This document shows, piece by piece, positions 14,571 through 27,580 of a DNA stretch of 64,000 nucleotides (within the stretch, counting starts at the first letter, position 1; every line of letters begins with the position of its first letter). A program made the position numbers and the translations under genes. The notes under the pieces were generated by a model. The model worked only from the letters and a program-made list of their open reading frames with translations. It ran no database searches and was not told where the DNA came from. The DNA comes from Leucoraja erinacea (lineage: Eukaryota): contig NC_073390.1 of the NCBI RefSeq assembly GCF_028641065.1, positions 31,000,001-31,064,000 on the forward strand, given 5' to 3'.

Positions 14571-15256
14571 TGTGGTATTATGCAATAATAGTGTAAGGCT
14601 GAGCAGAGGGGCACTAGGACCCTGTGTGCCAGAAGCCAGGCTCCAGTAACCGGATGTGTCTGGAACCCAAGGTGTGGGAGAGAGGTTAGAAAGCCAAAGA
14701 GACTTGATTTGTGATTTATTGATCTGTTTTCTACAATAAAGAAAAAGAGAGAGTGAAATGGGATGTGAAAATGTTCTGTAAACCTGTTACATTTACCTGA
14801 AACCTGAAAGAATAGTTCACAGTATGGTAACGTGTAAGTTATTTTATTTCTATTTTGCATGCTTAGATCAGGGACAGGTCTTCCAGCAAAAGGGCAGAAT
14901 AAACCCCTTAAGACCTGCAGAGACAAAGGTAGTCCACCCTTTGTTCTCAAAGAAAGGGAGATGTGGTATTATGCAATAATAGTGTAAGGCTGAGCAGAGG
15001 GGCACTAGGACCCTGTGTGCCAGAAGCCAGGCTCCAGTAACCGGATGTGTCTGGAACCCAGGGTGTGGGCAGTTAGAGAGAGGCCTGGGCTTACACGAGG
15101 CTGTTGCAGTTGCTGCTGTTATTGTACAGATTAAAGGTATACTCTGTTTACGTCGTCGTACGAGCCTTATTACAAGCATAACTCGACACAAATCACTGGT
15201 GAAGTCTATGGCGATTGAGTCACACTCACCAAGAACTAGTGACGTTGGTAGTAACA
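14571..15256 (+). mobile_element. Internally deleted LTR element (partial 5' LTR, PPT, 3' LTR)
   Basis: A near-identical 108-bp direct repeat starting TGTGG at 14571 and 14962. The purine tract aaagaaagggaga immediately precedes the second copy, ATTAAA lies at ~15130, and the element ends ...TAACA at 15256. No TSD seen. Confidence 0.55.
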
Positions 15257-15270
15257 TGCATGAGTAATCA

Positions 15271-15519
<249 letters not shown>

Positions 15520-16557
15520 CTACCCAACATCCTTCTTAACTACAACCTCCATCAACATCCTTCACTCGCACAATGAAATTGCAGGATGCATATAATTAAA
15601 TCCTTCATTAATCCAACTGCAGCACTATAGCCCAGCACCACGTTTGTATCACATGATAATACCAAAGAACAACAGAAGACTTTTCTTATGTTGCATTAAG
15701 CTATTTCATTACAATACAACAAATCTACATAATTTGCCTGAAAAAATCTATCAAGATCAATATTGAAAACATCAGTTTTTTTGAATAAACATTCACAACC
15801 TTGAAGTTGCTAGTTCTGAACTTGCCAATCACACTTGTCCTTGAAGGGTGGCTTTCTTTGCCATGTCCGAGAGCAGTTAAAGGAAGAGCCATGTTGCTGT
15901 AGATCTAGTGACATTGATTGGGTAAGGATGAAAGGTTTCCTTTCCTGAGGGAACCAGGAAAGCTTCTAATGACCACATGGACTGAGGCTTGCAAATCCAA
16001 TCCCTGTTAACTATCGCTCTTTGCTGAAATTATTAGTTATGCCCAAGGCCAGGCATTGTACATTTTTGAACCATAACTTGGCCACTTGATATCCTTTCAG
16101 AAACCAGGTTTACAACTCAGCAGAGAAAGGAGCATCAGAGCTTCATAGAACCAGCGGTTTGGATGCTGTAGGAGGAGTAAATCAGAACCAGTGGAGGATG
16201 GAAATGAATCAAAACTTGGCTATTACAGGGAAAGTAGGGAAAGTGGTGTGATGAATATTGGCCATGCAACTGGAATGTGTACGGATTGATGGTAAAATGA
16301 ACTGTGAACCAGTAGATTCAACGGTCCTGGTAAGGGTGGTGGAGCAAGCGTGGATGGTTAAGTGGTGCTGGCCTATGGATGCTTGGCACCACAGTGATCT
16401 TGGGGTCAGGAGTTGGGATCTAGTGGGGTGAGAGGTTAGTAAAATGCAGAGTTATTGGGGTCAGGAAGGAGTTATAAGAGAACAAAACATTAAATCAGGT
16501 TTTCCAACCAGGCTATTGGCCTGAAGCAGGCCATGTGGTTAACATATACTATAGTTA

Positions 16558-16971
<414 letters not shown>

Positions 16972-17534
16972 CTACAGTTCCTTGTTTCTACAGTGAAACT
17001 CCAGGATTCTCTGCTCTGTGTGTGTGGGGGTGGTTAGTGAGTGTGATGCCACATGCCTCCCCCCCCACCGCAACTGGGCGTTGGAGGAACAGACCCAACG
17101 GATCAGCACTTGGTCTAGTAACATCTAAAAGCAGAGTAACTATCATCTTTAAATGCAGTACATCAACATTTAGTGTCTTTGGGGTTTGAACCATTAAGGT
17201 TTACACCCATGAGCTTGGCACTATGGAAAGCACCATTGTTAAAGTTTGCATTTTAACACAAAAGTGTAATATTGTTGTAGTGTTTGTACTTTATACAGTT
17301 AACTGAATCTGGTTGAGGACATCATGGAGGCTTCAATCATCAAATCTTTCTATCTGGCTGAGAACAAGGTACGTTTTGAAGTTAATAGGTTGGAAATGGT
17401 ATTTTCACCATTGATTCCTATGATGATGTCAGTTACTCACTCAGGTTAGCTGCCGATGCTCACTGAACTGGGTTGAGTATTGAGAGTGGTGGAACAATAG
17501 TCATGGTTATACATAGATATAGGTCCTTAGACCT

Positions 17535-18888
17535 TTCATGTCCATGACAGCCCATCATCTATCTATACCAGACACGTGCCTGCATTCATTCCATATCCCT
17601 TTCTGCATTATTCATTCAAAGACACTTAACTGTTCCTTATTAGCTATAAAGTCAGTCACAGAGACAGGGCTGCCAACATTGGGTGAGAGTTGAGAATGAG
17701 AAATTGTGAGGGAGAGTAGCGACTGAGGGGGGGAGGGTGCCCCCCTCCCATGGTTGGGAGCTTTCGCATTTTTCAGCTTGATATTGTGCAATCTGGTGCA
17801 TACTGTAGCGAGTCTTTTAACTTACACTTGAATGCAACATTTATGCTTTAAATTGGATTAGGTATGAATAAGGTTAGGCTAAATTACATTCCTAATTACA
17901 TTCCACAGTAGAGCCAGGCTCTGATCAACAGGTGCAGCACATGAATGACTATTTCAGGCGAAAGGACAGGCGAAGATGTGCAGCACCTGTTGATCAGATC
18001 GCTACAGTATGCACCAGATTGCACAATATCAAGCTGAAAAATGCGAAAGCTCCCAACCATGGGAGGGGGGCACCCTCCCCCCCTCGGTCGCTATTCTCCC
18101 TCACAATTTCTCATTCTCAACTCTCACCCAATGTTGGCAGCCCTGTCTCTGTGACTGACTTTATAGCTAATAAGGAACAGTTAAGTGTCTTTGAATGAAT
18201 AATGCAGAAAGGGATATGGAATGAATGCAGGCACGTGTCCGGTATAGATAGATGATGGGCTGTCATGGACATGAATTTGATTGACCATGTTGCACACAAA
18301 TCTACCAAAGCATTTCAATCTATTTCAATTTCACTCTGCGTCGAAGACACATCCCCATTTTGAGTTGCTAAATTTTGAAAACAAGCTGGCGGGACAGGAT
18401 CAAGGGTTTGGCATAGTCATTGCCTCCTTGAAGGAGTTTCACATCTTCCTTTCTACTGACTATGCCAAACCCTTGATCCTGTCCCGCCAGCTTGTTTTCA
18501 AAATTTAGCAACTCAAAATGGGGATGTGTCTTCGATGCAGGTGTGTCTTCATTGCCGGGAAATATGGTAAGCTAAGAACAAGATGACACTGACAAAGAAA
18601 CAACACAGTGCAAGCCAGACTTTCCGAGTTGGGGGATACAATGATATCCTCATGAGCCATGACATTACATTGTCTTGGTCACCTTACTCCCAACACACGC
18701 TTCCTCTCTTTGTTGATATTTTGATTTGCTCAGCTAAAATTTAGTTAACAATCTCATTTGCCTCAATGCCGGATGCCACTGTTTTGACACCTGTTGATCT
18801 TGATGGCAGGCTGATGGCTCCAGAGTGAAATTGAAATAGATTGAAATGCTTTGGTAGATTTGTGTGCAACATGGTCAATCAAATTCAT
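17535..18888. repeat. Cluster of four nested or adjacent inverted repeats
   Basis: Arms 17535-17811/17999-18275 (277 bp), 17920-17942/17976-17998, 18271-18338/18821-18888 and 18336-18419/18457-18540. Confidence 0.93.
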
Positions 18889-18899
18889 AAAGCAATCAA

Positions 18900-19585
18900 C
18901 AAGACCAGCATTAAACTAATGTACATAATACAGTTTAAACTAATGCACAGGTTAAAGTGGTTCATGGGCAAATTAATCCAGGGGAGATGCTAAATTAATA
19001 TGGGGAACATGGGTTAAATTAATTGTTTAAGAAGGAACTGCAGATGCTGGAAAATCGAAGGTACACAAAAATGCTGGAGAAACTCAGCGGGTGCAGCAGC
19101 ATCTAAGGAGCGAAGGAAATAGGCAACGTTTCGGCCCGAAACGTTGCCTATTTCCTTCGCTCGATAGATGCTGCTGCACATGCTGAGTTTCTCCAGCATT
19201 TTTGTGTACCATGGGTTAAATTAATATGGGAGATACAGAGTTAAACTAATATAAAGGATGCAAATTAGAAGTTGTAGTCACAAAGTTAAATTCATACAAC
19301 GGTTAATGGATCAAATTGATTCATAGACACAGAATGAAAGTCACACAGGAAACAACATATTTAAACTGATTAATACAGGAGCTGCACTTGCACTAATGCA
19401 AGGGGATAGAGTTAAACTAATAGAGGGTCACGGGGTTAAACCAATATAGAGGTCATATGGCCAAACTAATACACTGGATAAAGGGTTAAACTAGCAGAAG
19501 GAGTCACGGGGTGAAAGTAATATAAAGGATGAAACTTACACAGGGGGGCGCAAGGTTAAACTAATGCAGAGGCCACGGGTTTAAG
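18900..19585. repeat. Degenerate ~28-30-bp minisatellite
   Basis: Recurring (g)gttaaactaat / gttaaattaat core, interrupted by the fold-back insertion. Confidence 0.6.
19024..19209. mobile_element. Fold-back (palindromic) Penelope-tail insertion
   Basis: 75-bp inverted arms at 19060-19134 and 19136-19210, flanked by the 16-bp direct repeat catgggttaaattaat (19008-19023 and 19210-19225). Confidence 0.8.
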
Positions 19586-21510
19586 CTAATAGGAAGAGAC
19601 ATTATGATTGGAGTTTTCCGGATAAGAAGTGCAATTATTCATGGAACAGCTGGATGCCAGGATAATGCTTGTGGTGAAGGGGAATGAGGGGATTGTGAAC
19701 AGAGGACTAAAATAGACCAAATCTATCCCATGATTTAACAATGTTGCCAGAACATTTGTGGTTACTGTATTTTTGGGAATCAAATTAAAAAAGAGGAACT
19801 TTACTCCGAAGATGTTAAAGTTAAAGCTATCCCAGTTGATCAATGCAATCAGTATTTTTGTACCAGTACTTTAACAGTGTGATCACCCGTCTCCAAAGAA
19901 CAACTAGTGTTGGGGCACAGCTGTGTCATAGTCATTTCTATGTATCATTTCATAAGGTCATAAGTTCATAAATGATAGGAGCCGAATTAGGCCATTCAAC
20001 CCATCAAGTCTATGCCATTCAATCATGGTTGATCTATCTCTCTCTCCTAACCCAATTCTCCTGCCTTCTCTCCCATAACCCCAAGGCCCAGAAGTTTAAG
20101 GAGCTATTTTTGACATGTGTTAACCCAGAGAGGGTGATTTGGTCAAGGTATCACGCCAATTTCATCTTCATTGAAAGTAGATGCAGAGTCAATGGGATTG
20201 TAGCCAAGAACAAGCACCATGTCAGATGCCCAAACTCCAACCCACCTTCAAATGACTGGGGCAGGCTGCCAGGTCATGCCTGGGTATTCTATAACTGATC
20301 AGATCCATTGCCAATACCAATCAAACTCCCTGCACTACAGAACAGATCTAATGTAATCACTGATATCATACAAGATGACCAGGCGCGATTTCCACAATAC
20401 TATGAAGGATGCCAAAAAAGACTTCCAAAACAAGCTGGAGGCTACCAGGCAACTGTAGCATGGCCTTGACACCGTCGCAGATGACAAGCCAAAAATGGGG
20501 GTGATCTCTGGAAATGATGTTTCACCATCAGATGAGCTCAATGCTGTTTTCACCCATTTTGAACATAGAAAAAGCGTCACCTAAGTGTGTCCCTCCACCC
20601 CCCCCTTGGCTCTGTTCCACCACATCTCAATAGCAGGTCTTCTTTTATGAGTGGAAACTTAAAAAAAAAAAACTGCCAGCCTGGATGGAGTCCATGTACG
20701 AGTTCGGAATTTGCGCTGCAGTCAACTGGCTACAGTCTTCACTGGCATTTTCGCTTCAACAGTCTTCTGTCACCATCTGCTTCAAGGAATGCTCCATTAT
20801 TTCACTCCCCAAGAAAAATAAACTGACCTTTCTCAATGGCTATGGCTCTGTGGCTCTTAAACTTGACTGCAATGAAATGCTTTGCAAGATTGGTGATGAC
20901 CCACATCTGTACCAGTTTTCTGGACAATCTGCATCTCCTGCAATTTGCTGACAGGAAAAATAAGTCTACACTATCTCCCTTGCACTACATTCTTGGATCA
21001 CCATGAAAATATGAACATCTATATCAGATGCTATTCATGGACTATAACTTCGCTAACAATGTCATAATACTGAATAAACTCACCTCTAAACCTCTGGACC
21101 TTGGCCTTGGGGTCTCCATCTGCAACTGACTTCAGGACTTCTTAGCCAGCAGACCACATTCAGTTAGAACTACTCATTACATTTCCTCTACCCTGAACTT
21201 AGCACTAGTGTCCCTCAGGGTTGTTTGTTCATCCCCTGTCTTTATTCCCTGAACATCCATTACTATATGTCCAACCATAGCACCAACTTGACCTTTAAAT
21301 TCGGCACTGCTACTACTGCCGGATTTACAATAATGATAAGACAAAGTACAGGAAAGAGATTGAGAACCCTACACGGTTTCAGGAAAATAATGCCAGTTGT
21401 TGATCTAAGGAAGCAAGCGGTGAACAAATTTCTGCCTTCATTAATGGAGCTGTTGTAGAGACGGGTCAACAGCATCAAATTCCAAGGCATCCCCATCACC
21501 AACAATCTAA

Positions 21511-22059
21511 TTGACCCAAGCAATCGTTCCAGGTGCGACAGAGGTTTACCTGCATCTCTTCCAACCTCATCTATTGCGTCCGCTGCTCTAGATGTCAGCA
21601 GATCTATATCGGTGAGACCAAGCGGAGGTTGGGCGATTGTTTCGCCGAACACCTCCGCTCGGTCCGCAATAACCAAGCTGACCTCCCGGTGGCTCAGCAC
21701 TTCAACTCCCCCTCCCACTCCGCCTCCGACCTCTCTGGCCTGGGTCTCCTCCATGGCCACAGCGAGCAGCATTGGAGGAACAGCACCTCATATTCCGTTT
21801 GGGGAGTCTGCACCCCGGGGGCATGAACATCGACTTCTCCCAATTCTGTTAGTCCTTGCTGTCTCCTCCCCTTCCTCAGCTCCCCTGCTGTCTCCTCCCA
21901 CCCTCCAGCCTTCCGGCTACTCCTCCTTTTCCCTTTCTTGTCCCCACCCACCCCCACCCCTGATCAGTCTGAAGAAGGGTTTCGGCCCGAAACGTTGCCT
22001 ATTTCCTTCGCTCCATAGATGCTGCTGCACCCGCTGAGTTTCTCCAGCTTTTCTGTGTA
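21511..22059 (+). mobile_element. 5'-truncated Penelope-like retroelement (GIY-YIG endonuclease remnant plus 3' tail), nested in an older LINE
   Basis: The ORF NLIYCVRCSRCQQIYIGETKRRLGDCFAEH is a GIY-YIG signature. A 13-bp direct repeat accaacaatctaa flanks it (21498-21510 and 22060-22072). Confidence 0.88.
21966..21999 (+). ncRNA. Minimal hammerhead-ribozyme-like motif in a Penelope 3' tail
   Basis: Reads AGU-CUGAAGA-A-GGGUUUCGGCCC-GAAA-CGUU-GCC, downstream of the GIY-YIG ORF. Confidence 0.5.
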
Positions 22060-23439
22060 ACCAACAATCTAACCTCATTCCTGTATACGATATGTGGCAA
22101 TTAAGAAAGTGCATTAGCACAATTACTTGCTTAGGCATCTGAGAGGATTTGGCATGTCCACAAAGCTTCTCTCAAACTTCCACAGACGTGCCATAGAATG
22201 TTTTCTGATGGGATGCATCCCTGATTGGTAAGAAAACTGTGTGCTCTCGACCACTTCCACTTGCAGAGAGTGGCGAACACAGCCCAGTCCATCACAGGCT
22301 TGTCACTTCCTTCCATACAGCCCATCCTCATGATGCTTTGCAACAGGAAGGTTGGAAGTATCGTCAAGAATGCTTGCCACCTTGCCCGTTCCCTTTTTTC
22401 TCTTCCACCTCCTGGAAGGAGATGCAAGAGCTCAAAAGTCTGATTTAACATCCTGACTTCAGGACAGCTTCTTCCCCCCTGCGATCGGACTCCAGAACCA
22501 ATCAACACCTTTGCACCCCATTCCCAGAGGTGCTGCCACATACTCTTACTCATATAACCATATAACCATATAACAATTACAGCACGGAAACAGGCCATCT
22601 CGGCCCTACAAGTCCATGCCGAACAAATGTTTTTCCCCTTAGTCCCACCTGCATGCACTCTTAACTCCACCTCATTCAGTTATTCCGTTAATGTACTTTA
22701 ATTTTTTTTTGCACCACCAGATTTTGCACTATAATCTTGCATTCGATGGTTTGGATTCATCGGTGCATTTATTTATCGTTGTATTTATCATTACTGTATG
22801 TGTACTGTTTACTCTGTGAGCTTCGTGTGAATAAAGAATTTCATTGTATGACAACAAATGCATCTAATTTAATTTAATCCAACTGACGTTGATTTTACGA
22901 TTTACAAACCTCAAAATGAGTGAGAGCTTGATAAGGAAGAGTTGTTCTGTGAGCAGTAAATTATGAATCTCGGCAAAGGGTTAACTGAGTTTGATATTTA
23001 GTAATTCCTGCCTATTGCAGCCAAGAAAAGCTTCCCTTATAGATGTTAATTCCTTGCTTGTAAAAACACATCTTGAAAACACTTCAAGCATGTGCCGGAA
23101 GGAGAAAGGGGGATGGATTGGGTCTGAGCCAAAACGCACCAAGCACAGGAGGACATTGTGAATTTGAACGGATAGTGACAGTACCCTTTTTTTCATGGAA
23201 GGCAATTGCTCCCATTACTCCGTGGTAGTAAGCCATCCCACACCAAGTTTAGAAGTCCCACTCATCTTTACTCCTTGCTCATCCCAGAATTTCATCATTC
23301 ACCCGAACCTCTGCTTCAATACAATACAGCCACTCAACAGGACACGCAACATAGAGAATAACGGAAGCATTGTGTGTCCCAGAGGTAATAATGGTTTTTG
23401 TATTAGCCCTAGCGGTGAGGACCACTCTGGTCTCTAAAC

Positions 23440-23820
23440 TAGTTCTGCTGTTCCATTCCATGTACTTCCGCAGGGCTGACACCCTCGTGCAGTCCTGAGA
23501 GGATACTGCATTTGTTAGGGCTGTCATCTTTCAGATGAGACAATAAACTGAAGCCCCGATTATATCCTCAGGTGAAAATAAATAACTCAATGGCAATACT
23601 TAAACAAAAAAGCAGAGGGGTTCCCCTTTGTGTCATGGGCAATAATAATCAACTGACCAATCACACTGATAGTACATTATATTGATGACTATTCATTGTT
23701 TTACTTCAGGATGCCATGTGCTAACTAAATGGAGAATACATTCAAAAAGCGCTTCAGTGGCTGCTAAACACGTTTGAAGCACAGCGTGAATGAAAGGTGC
23801 TATTAAAATGTAAGTGTCAT
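23440..23820 (+). mobile_element. Ancient DeuSINE-like (SacSINE1/AmnSINE1-related) copy
   Basis: gctgacaccc..gtgcagtcctgaga...tcatctttcagatgagacaataaactgaagcccc resembles the recalled Deu-domain consensus. A more degraded minus-strand copy lies at ~13620-13860. Confidence 0.55.
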
Positions 23821-25051
23821 ACTTTTCAAAGTCATTGCCTTGTGTGGCTAGCAGTTCCCCGAGTCCAGCAAAGGGTGCATTCGGACACAGATGTAACAGA
23901 GCTCTGTGGCCTGGGCACTGAGGTAAACAGTAACTGAGTAAGTGCCCACAAGCTTGGCTAATATCATTTGAAATACAGTCAGTGGTTTAAGCCACCGATT
24001 GGAGCAGTGTGAAGGAAAGGGATTAACTTTAGTTCCAATATATTGTATTGGTTTCACTCGGGGAACAGCTCTATATGGCTCTCACTGCAACACAGCTAAT
24101 AATAAGGAAATAATCTTTTAACAAGTTACAAAACTGGGAATTGCAATTCTGAACCATTTAAAAACCGTACAAGCACTCGACGTAGAATCTAGATAATCAG
24201 CCAAGGAAGAAAGAATAGAAATATAAACTGACAGGGTTAGATAAAACAAGGTAGCAGGAGAGAGAGAGTAATAGAAAATGTAAACTTCAGCGTAAACCAG
24301 TCGGGCTGAATGGCCTGTTTCTGTGGTGTGGAATCAAAGCAATTTGATGCAGCACCTGTGTTTACTTAGCAATGTTTCCGCAGGATAAAGTCCCGCAGCC
24401 AAGTTTCTCACTGTATAACTCGGATCATTGGTATGTGCCTGACCGAGGCACTGACAGGCCTCGCTGTATAACCTGGAGAGTTGACAGGGTGATACATGGG
24501 CATCTCACAAGCTTTATGAAGATGTCAGCTGACAGCAACAATGTGAATTACTAACACTTGTCATACTGTGTAAATAGGAGCACAGACGGGTACTGTTGTG
24601 AAATAGGAAAGCAGGCTACCAATCTGAGCAGCGCAGACACACACCACGCATATGCCTGGAAATTTGGTTGCATAATGCTTTTTTTCAGCATAATGCAATC
24701 AAATCAATTTTTCCAAGAGCACTTCAAGGACCATTTTGTTTTGCATCAATCGGAAAAGTCGATGGGCACCTTTAGTCATGAGTCATCCACGTGAGTGAAG
24801 GGCTTACGGCTTCAGGGAAGAAAGTGGTGATGTTGTTCTGTTGCCCTGCTTAGTTTTGGACCGTCACAGGAGACTATGGATCATGTTGTGCTGGTGGCAC
24901 TCATTACTGGGCCTTCCTGGGACAATGTAGCCTAGATCCCATCGCACTTACACGGAGACCCGTAAAAATGTTCACCAAATCCAGTGCTCATATTAAAACT
25001 ATCCACACGACCTCAAGCAGATTCCCAATCCCTGATCTGTATTCCCCTTAA

Positions 25052-25223
25052 AGGGCCTGTCCCACTTGGGCGTCATTGGCGCATCATGCAGATTTTGTAC
25101 ATCCCAAAATCCTTGTCCACCGCGCGCGACCGCACGTCACTGCCTACGTCACCACGCACCATCGTAACGTGTAAATGATGTCACGTAAATTATGTGCAAA
25201 TGACGCCAAGTGGGACAGGCACT
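25052..25223. mobile_element. PIF/Harbinger-type MITE
   Basis: TIRs agggcctgtcccacttgg / ccaagtgggacaggcact, with TAA on both sides. Confidence 0.8.
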
Positions 25224-25659
25224 TAACTCTCTAATTTACAGCCTTTAGATGCCACTGGCCTCCAGTCCTACTCCTTCCGGCTTCTAACCATTTCTTTCAC
25301 ACCAACCACTCCATGATAATGCTACATCTTGACTTTACCTCACAGCATCCTGCTGTAGCTGCATTCCTTCTTGCTCCTCATCAGACACTGGTCTCCATGG
25401 CTCCACCACTTGGGCATTTCTGATAGGGCGAGGACCTAAGTGGCAACCAACAGTTCCACCCCTGAGCGTGTGCTTGAATGTCTGGGCCCTCACTTAGTCA
25501 ACAAGGCCTGGGACATAACAATATTCGCTCCAATATTCGCAGCATATCACCTCATGCAGTGTCCACTCCAGAAACTCACTGACTGAGCTCTCTGTCATCC
25601 AGTCCCTCTCCATAGGATTCAACCTCGCTTTCTAGACAGTTCTAATCACACATCTTAAG

Positions 25660-25935
25660 ACTTTGGACTTTAAAGATACAGCATGGAAACAGGCTCGTCG
25701 GCCCACCAAGTCTGCGCTGATCAGCATACACTAACCTACACACACTAGGGACAATTTTACAACTTACCAAACCCAATTAACCTACAAACCTGTTCATCTT
25801 CAGAGTGTGGGAGGAAACCAGAGAAAACTCACGTGATCACAGGTAGAACGTACAAACTCTGTACATTCAGCACCTATAGTCAGGGTAAAACCTCAGTCTC
25901 TGGCGCTGTAAGGCAGCTACTCTACCACTGCGCTC
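25660..25935 (-). mobile_element. tRNA-derived SINE (same family)
   Basis: Reverse-complement similarity to 11088-11397. Confidence 0.7.
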
Positions 25936-27029
25936 CCTGTGGAATTCAGCATGCTGATCCGTCCCTCAGATAACTAATTATCACCAAATTGTAGTTAGAA
26001 GCAGGATGTTCAGATACCCTGTTTGACAGAAAAGTACCTTACTACAAACATGAGCCGTCTGGGATAATCCACCCAAGTCAACCATTCTGTTTCTACCTTT
26101 ACACCTTACAAACTTAACAGAAAATCACTTCATCAGAGATCCTTTGTCGAAGTTCTTGTGACGTCCCCATTTGGTGCAACTGGGCTGGAAAAGGAAAGGG
26201 AGGTTTCTGGCAATCGCCGTGTCGGGATCAGTAGCCCCCTGTACAATCTCCCATGTCTCAGTTCAGGGAAGCAGCCTTGGGTAACTAATGCCCACCAGGC
26301 TGATGCAATGCCCCCCAAGGGAGGCAGGTGGAAACAATAGGGCAGGGAGGAAAATTCTTGCTGCGTGTCACAGACTCCAGTTAACCACACAAATGAAACT
26401 TGTAATGACCAGATTGTATTTGATGGGTAGAATTACTCCTTAATTTAGTGGCTGCGAACGTGCTCTGAAGTTGCCTGCTCGCACAGAAGGATTAGCTGGT
26501 TATCTCCTATGTGTGATCTCACAGCATGATAAACCACAGCAATGTTCGCCTTGATCTGACGGTAGAGATCTGCTGGTGCTAACTGCTCTGTCCCAGCACC
26601 GGCAAGCAGGAAATACAACTCTCCTCCGCTTCCCAACCACAAGAACCACACCAAAGGCAGAGCCGGAATGGGCAAATCCATCGACCCCTTGATGCACAAA
26701 CAACTGCACATCTGTTCTGAGCAGATTGGACACGGGCTCTTGGCAGAAGATCTACTCCACAAGCTGCAACAGCTGGGAAACTGAACTATATGTCAAAGAA
26801 CTGCTCATTAATGTTCTCTTTGTGAATTTTCGTGTGTTTTTTTTCCACTGGAGAAGCGTTTCTGTTTATATTTCACTGAAAGCATAGCTCAGGAGAAATA
26901 AGCATCTTTCCATGTTGTTTTGTGAGAGAGAGAACAGACCACTGGCTTCCGCAGTTAGCCAAGTTTCAGCAGTGTATTATCTTGCTCCAAGACTGAACCT
27001 CACAATTTTCGCTTGAGATGGTGAAGTCA

Positions 27030-27580
27030 CAAATCCAGAGTCTTTTATTGTCGTATTCACAAGAATAGAACAATGAAATTGTTACTTGCTGTAACTTTTA
27101 CAGGCACATTGATGCAGCAACACAACAAATAAATATACAATAAATAATAATGCAACAAATTATCACTATACTAAGTAACCAGACCATAATAGCCAAAGTA
27201 CATTGTGGCTAAGGTTATACAGTGTAGTTCAGGAGCCTAATAGTTGGTAGGATGAAGTTGGTCTTGAATCTAGAAGCAACGGTTTGCTGGCTCCTGCACC
27301 TTCTTTCCAATGGTTGTAGCGAAGATGACAGCATGGCCAGGTTGGTGTGGAACTATGATGATACAAGCTGCCTTCTTGCAACAGTGCTTCCTGTAGATCC
27401 CTTTGATGGTGCGGAGGTCAAAACCAGCAATGGACCAAGCAAAGTCCACCACTTTCTGCAGCCAACTGTTTTGAGCGTTCAACTTATCAAAGCAGGTTGT
27501 GATGCAGCCAGTCAGTATGCTCTCCACTGTATACAATATGATTGCAACCACCCCCTTGCACATTACTTGACAAAATTGTA
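27030..27580 (-). mobile_element. Rex1-like LINE 3' fragment
   Basis: VESILTGCIT...LQKVV...IY...C.KKA..II motif. Confidence 0.65.

Larger units (their letters stand above)
20160..22520 (+). mobile_element. Highly degenerate Rex1/Babar-like LINE ORF2, interrupted by the Penelope insertion
   Basis: Remnant motifs at DNA level (tgcttcaagga...ccaagaaa, ttcatggactataact, gtgtccctcagggttg) and LQRVANTAQSITGLSLPSI in the ORF track. Confidence 0.6.
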
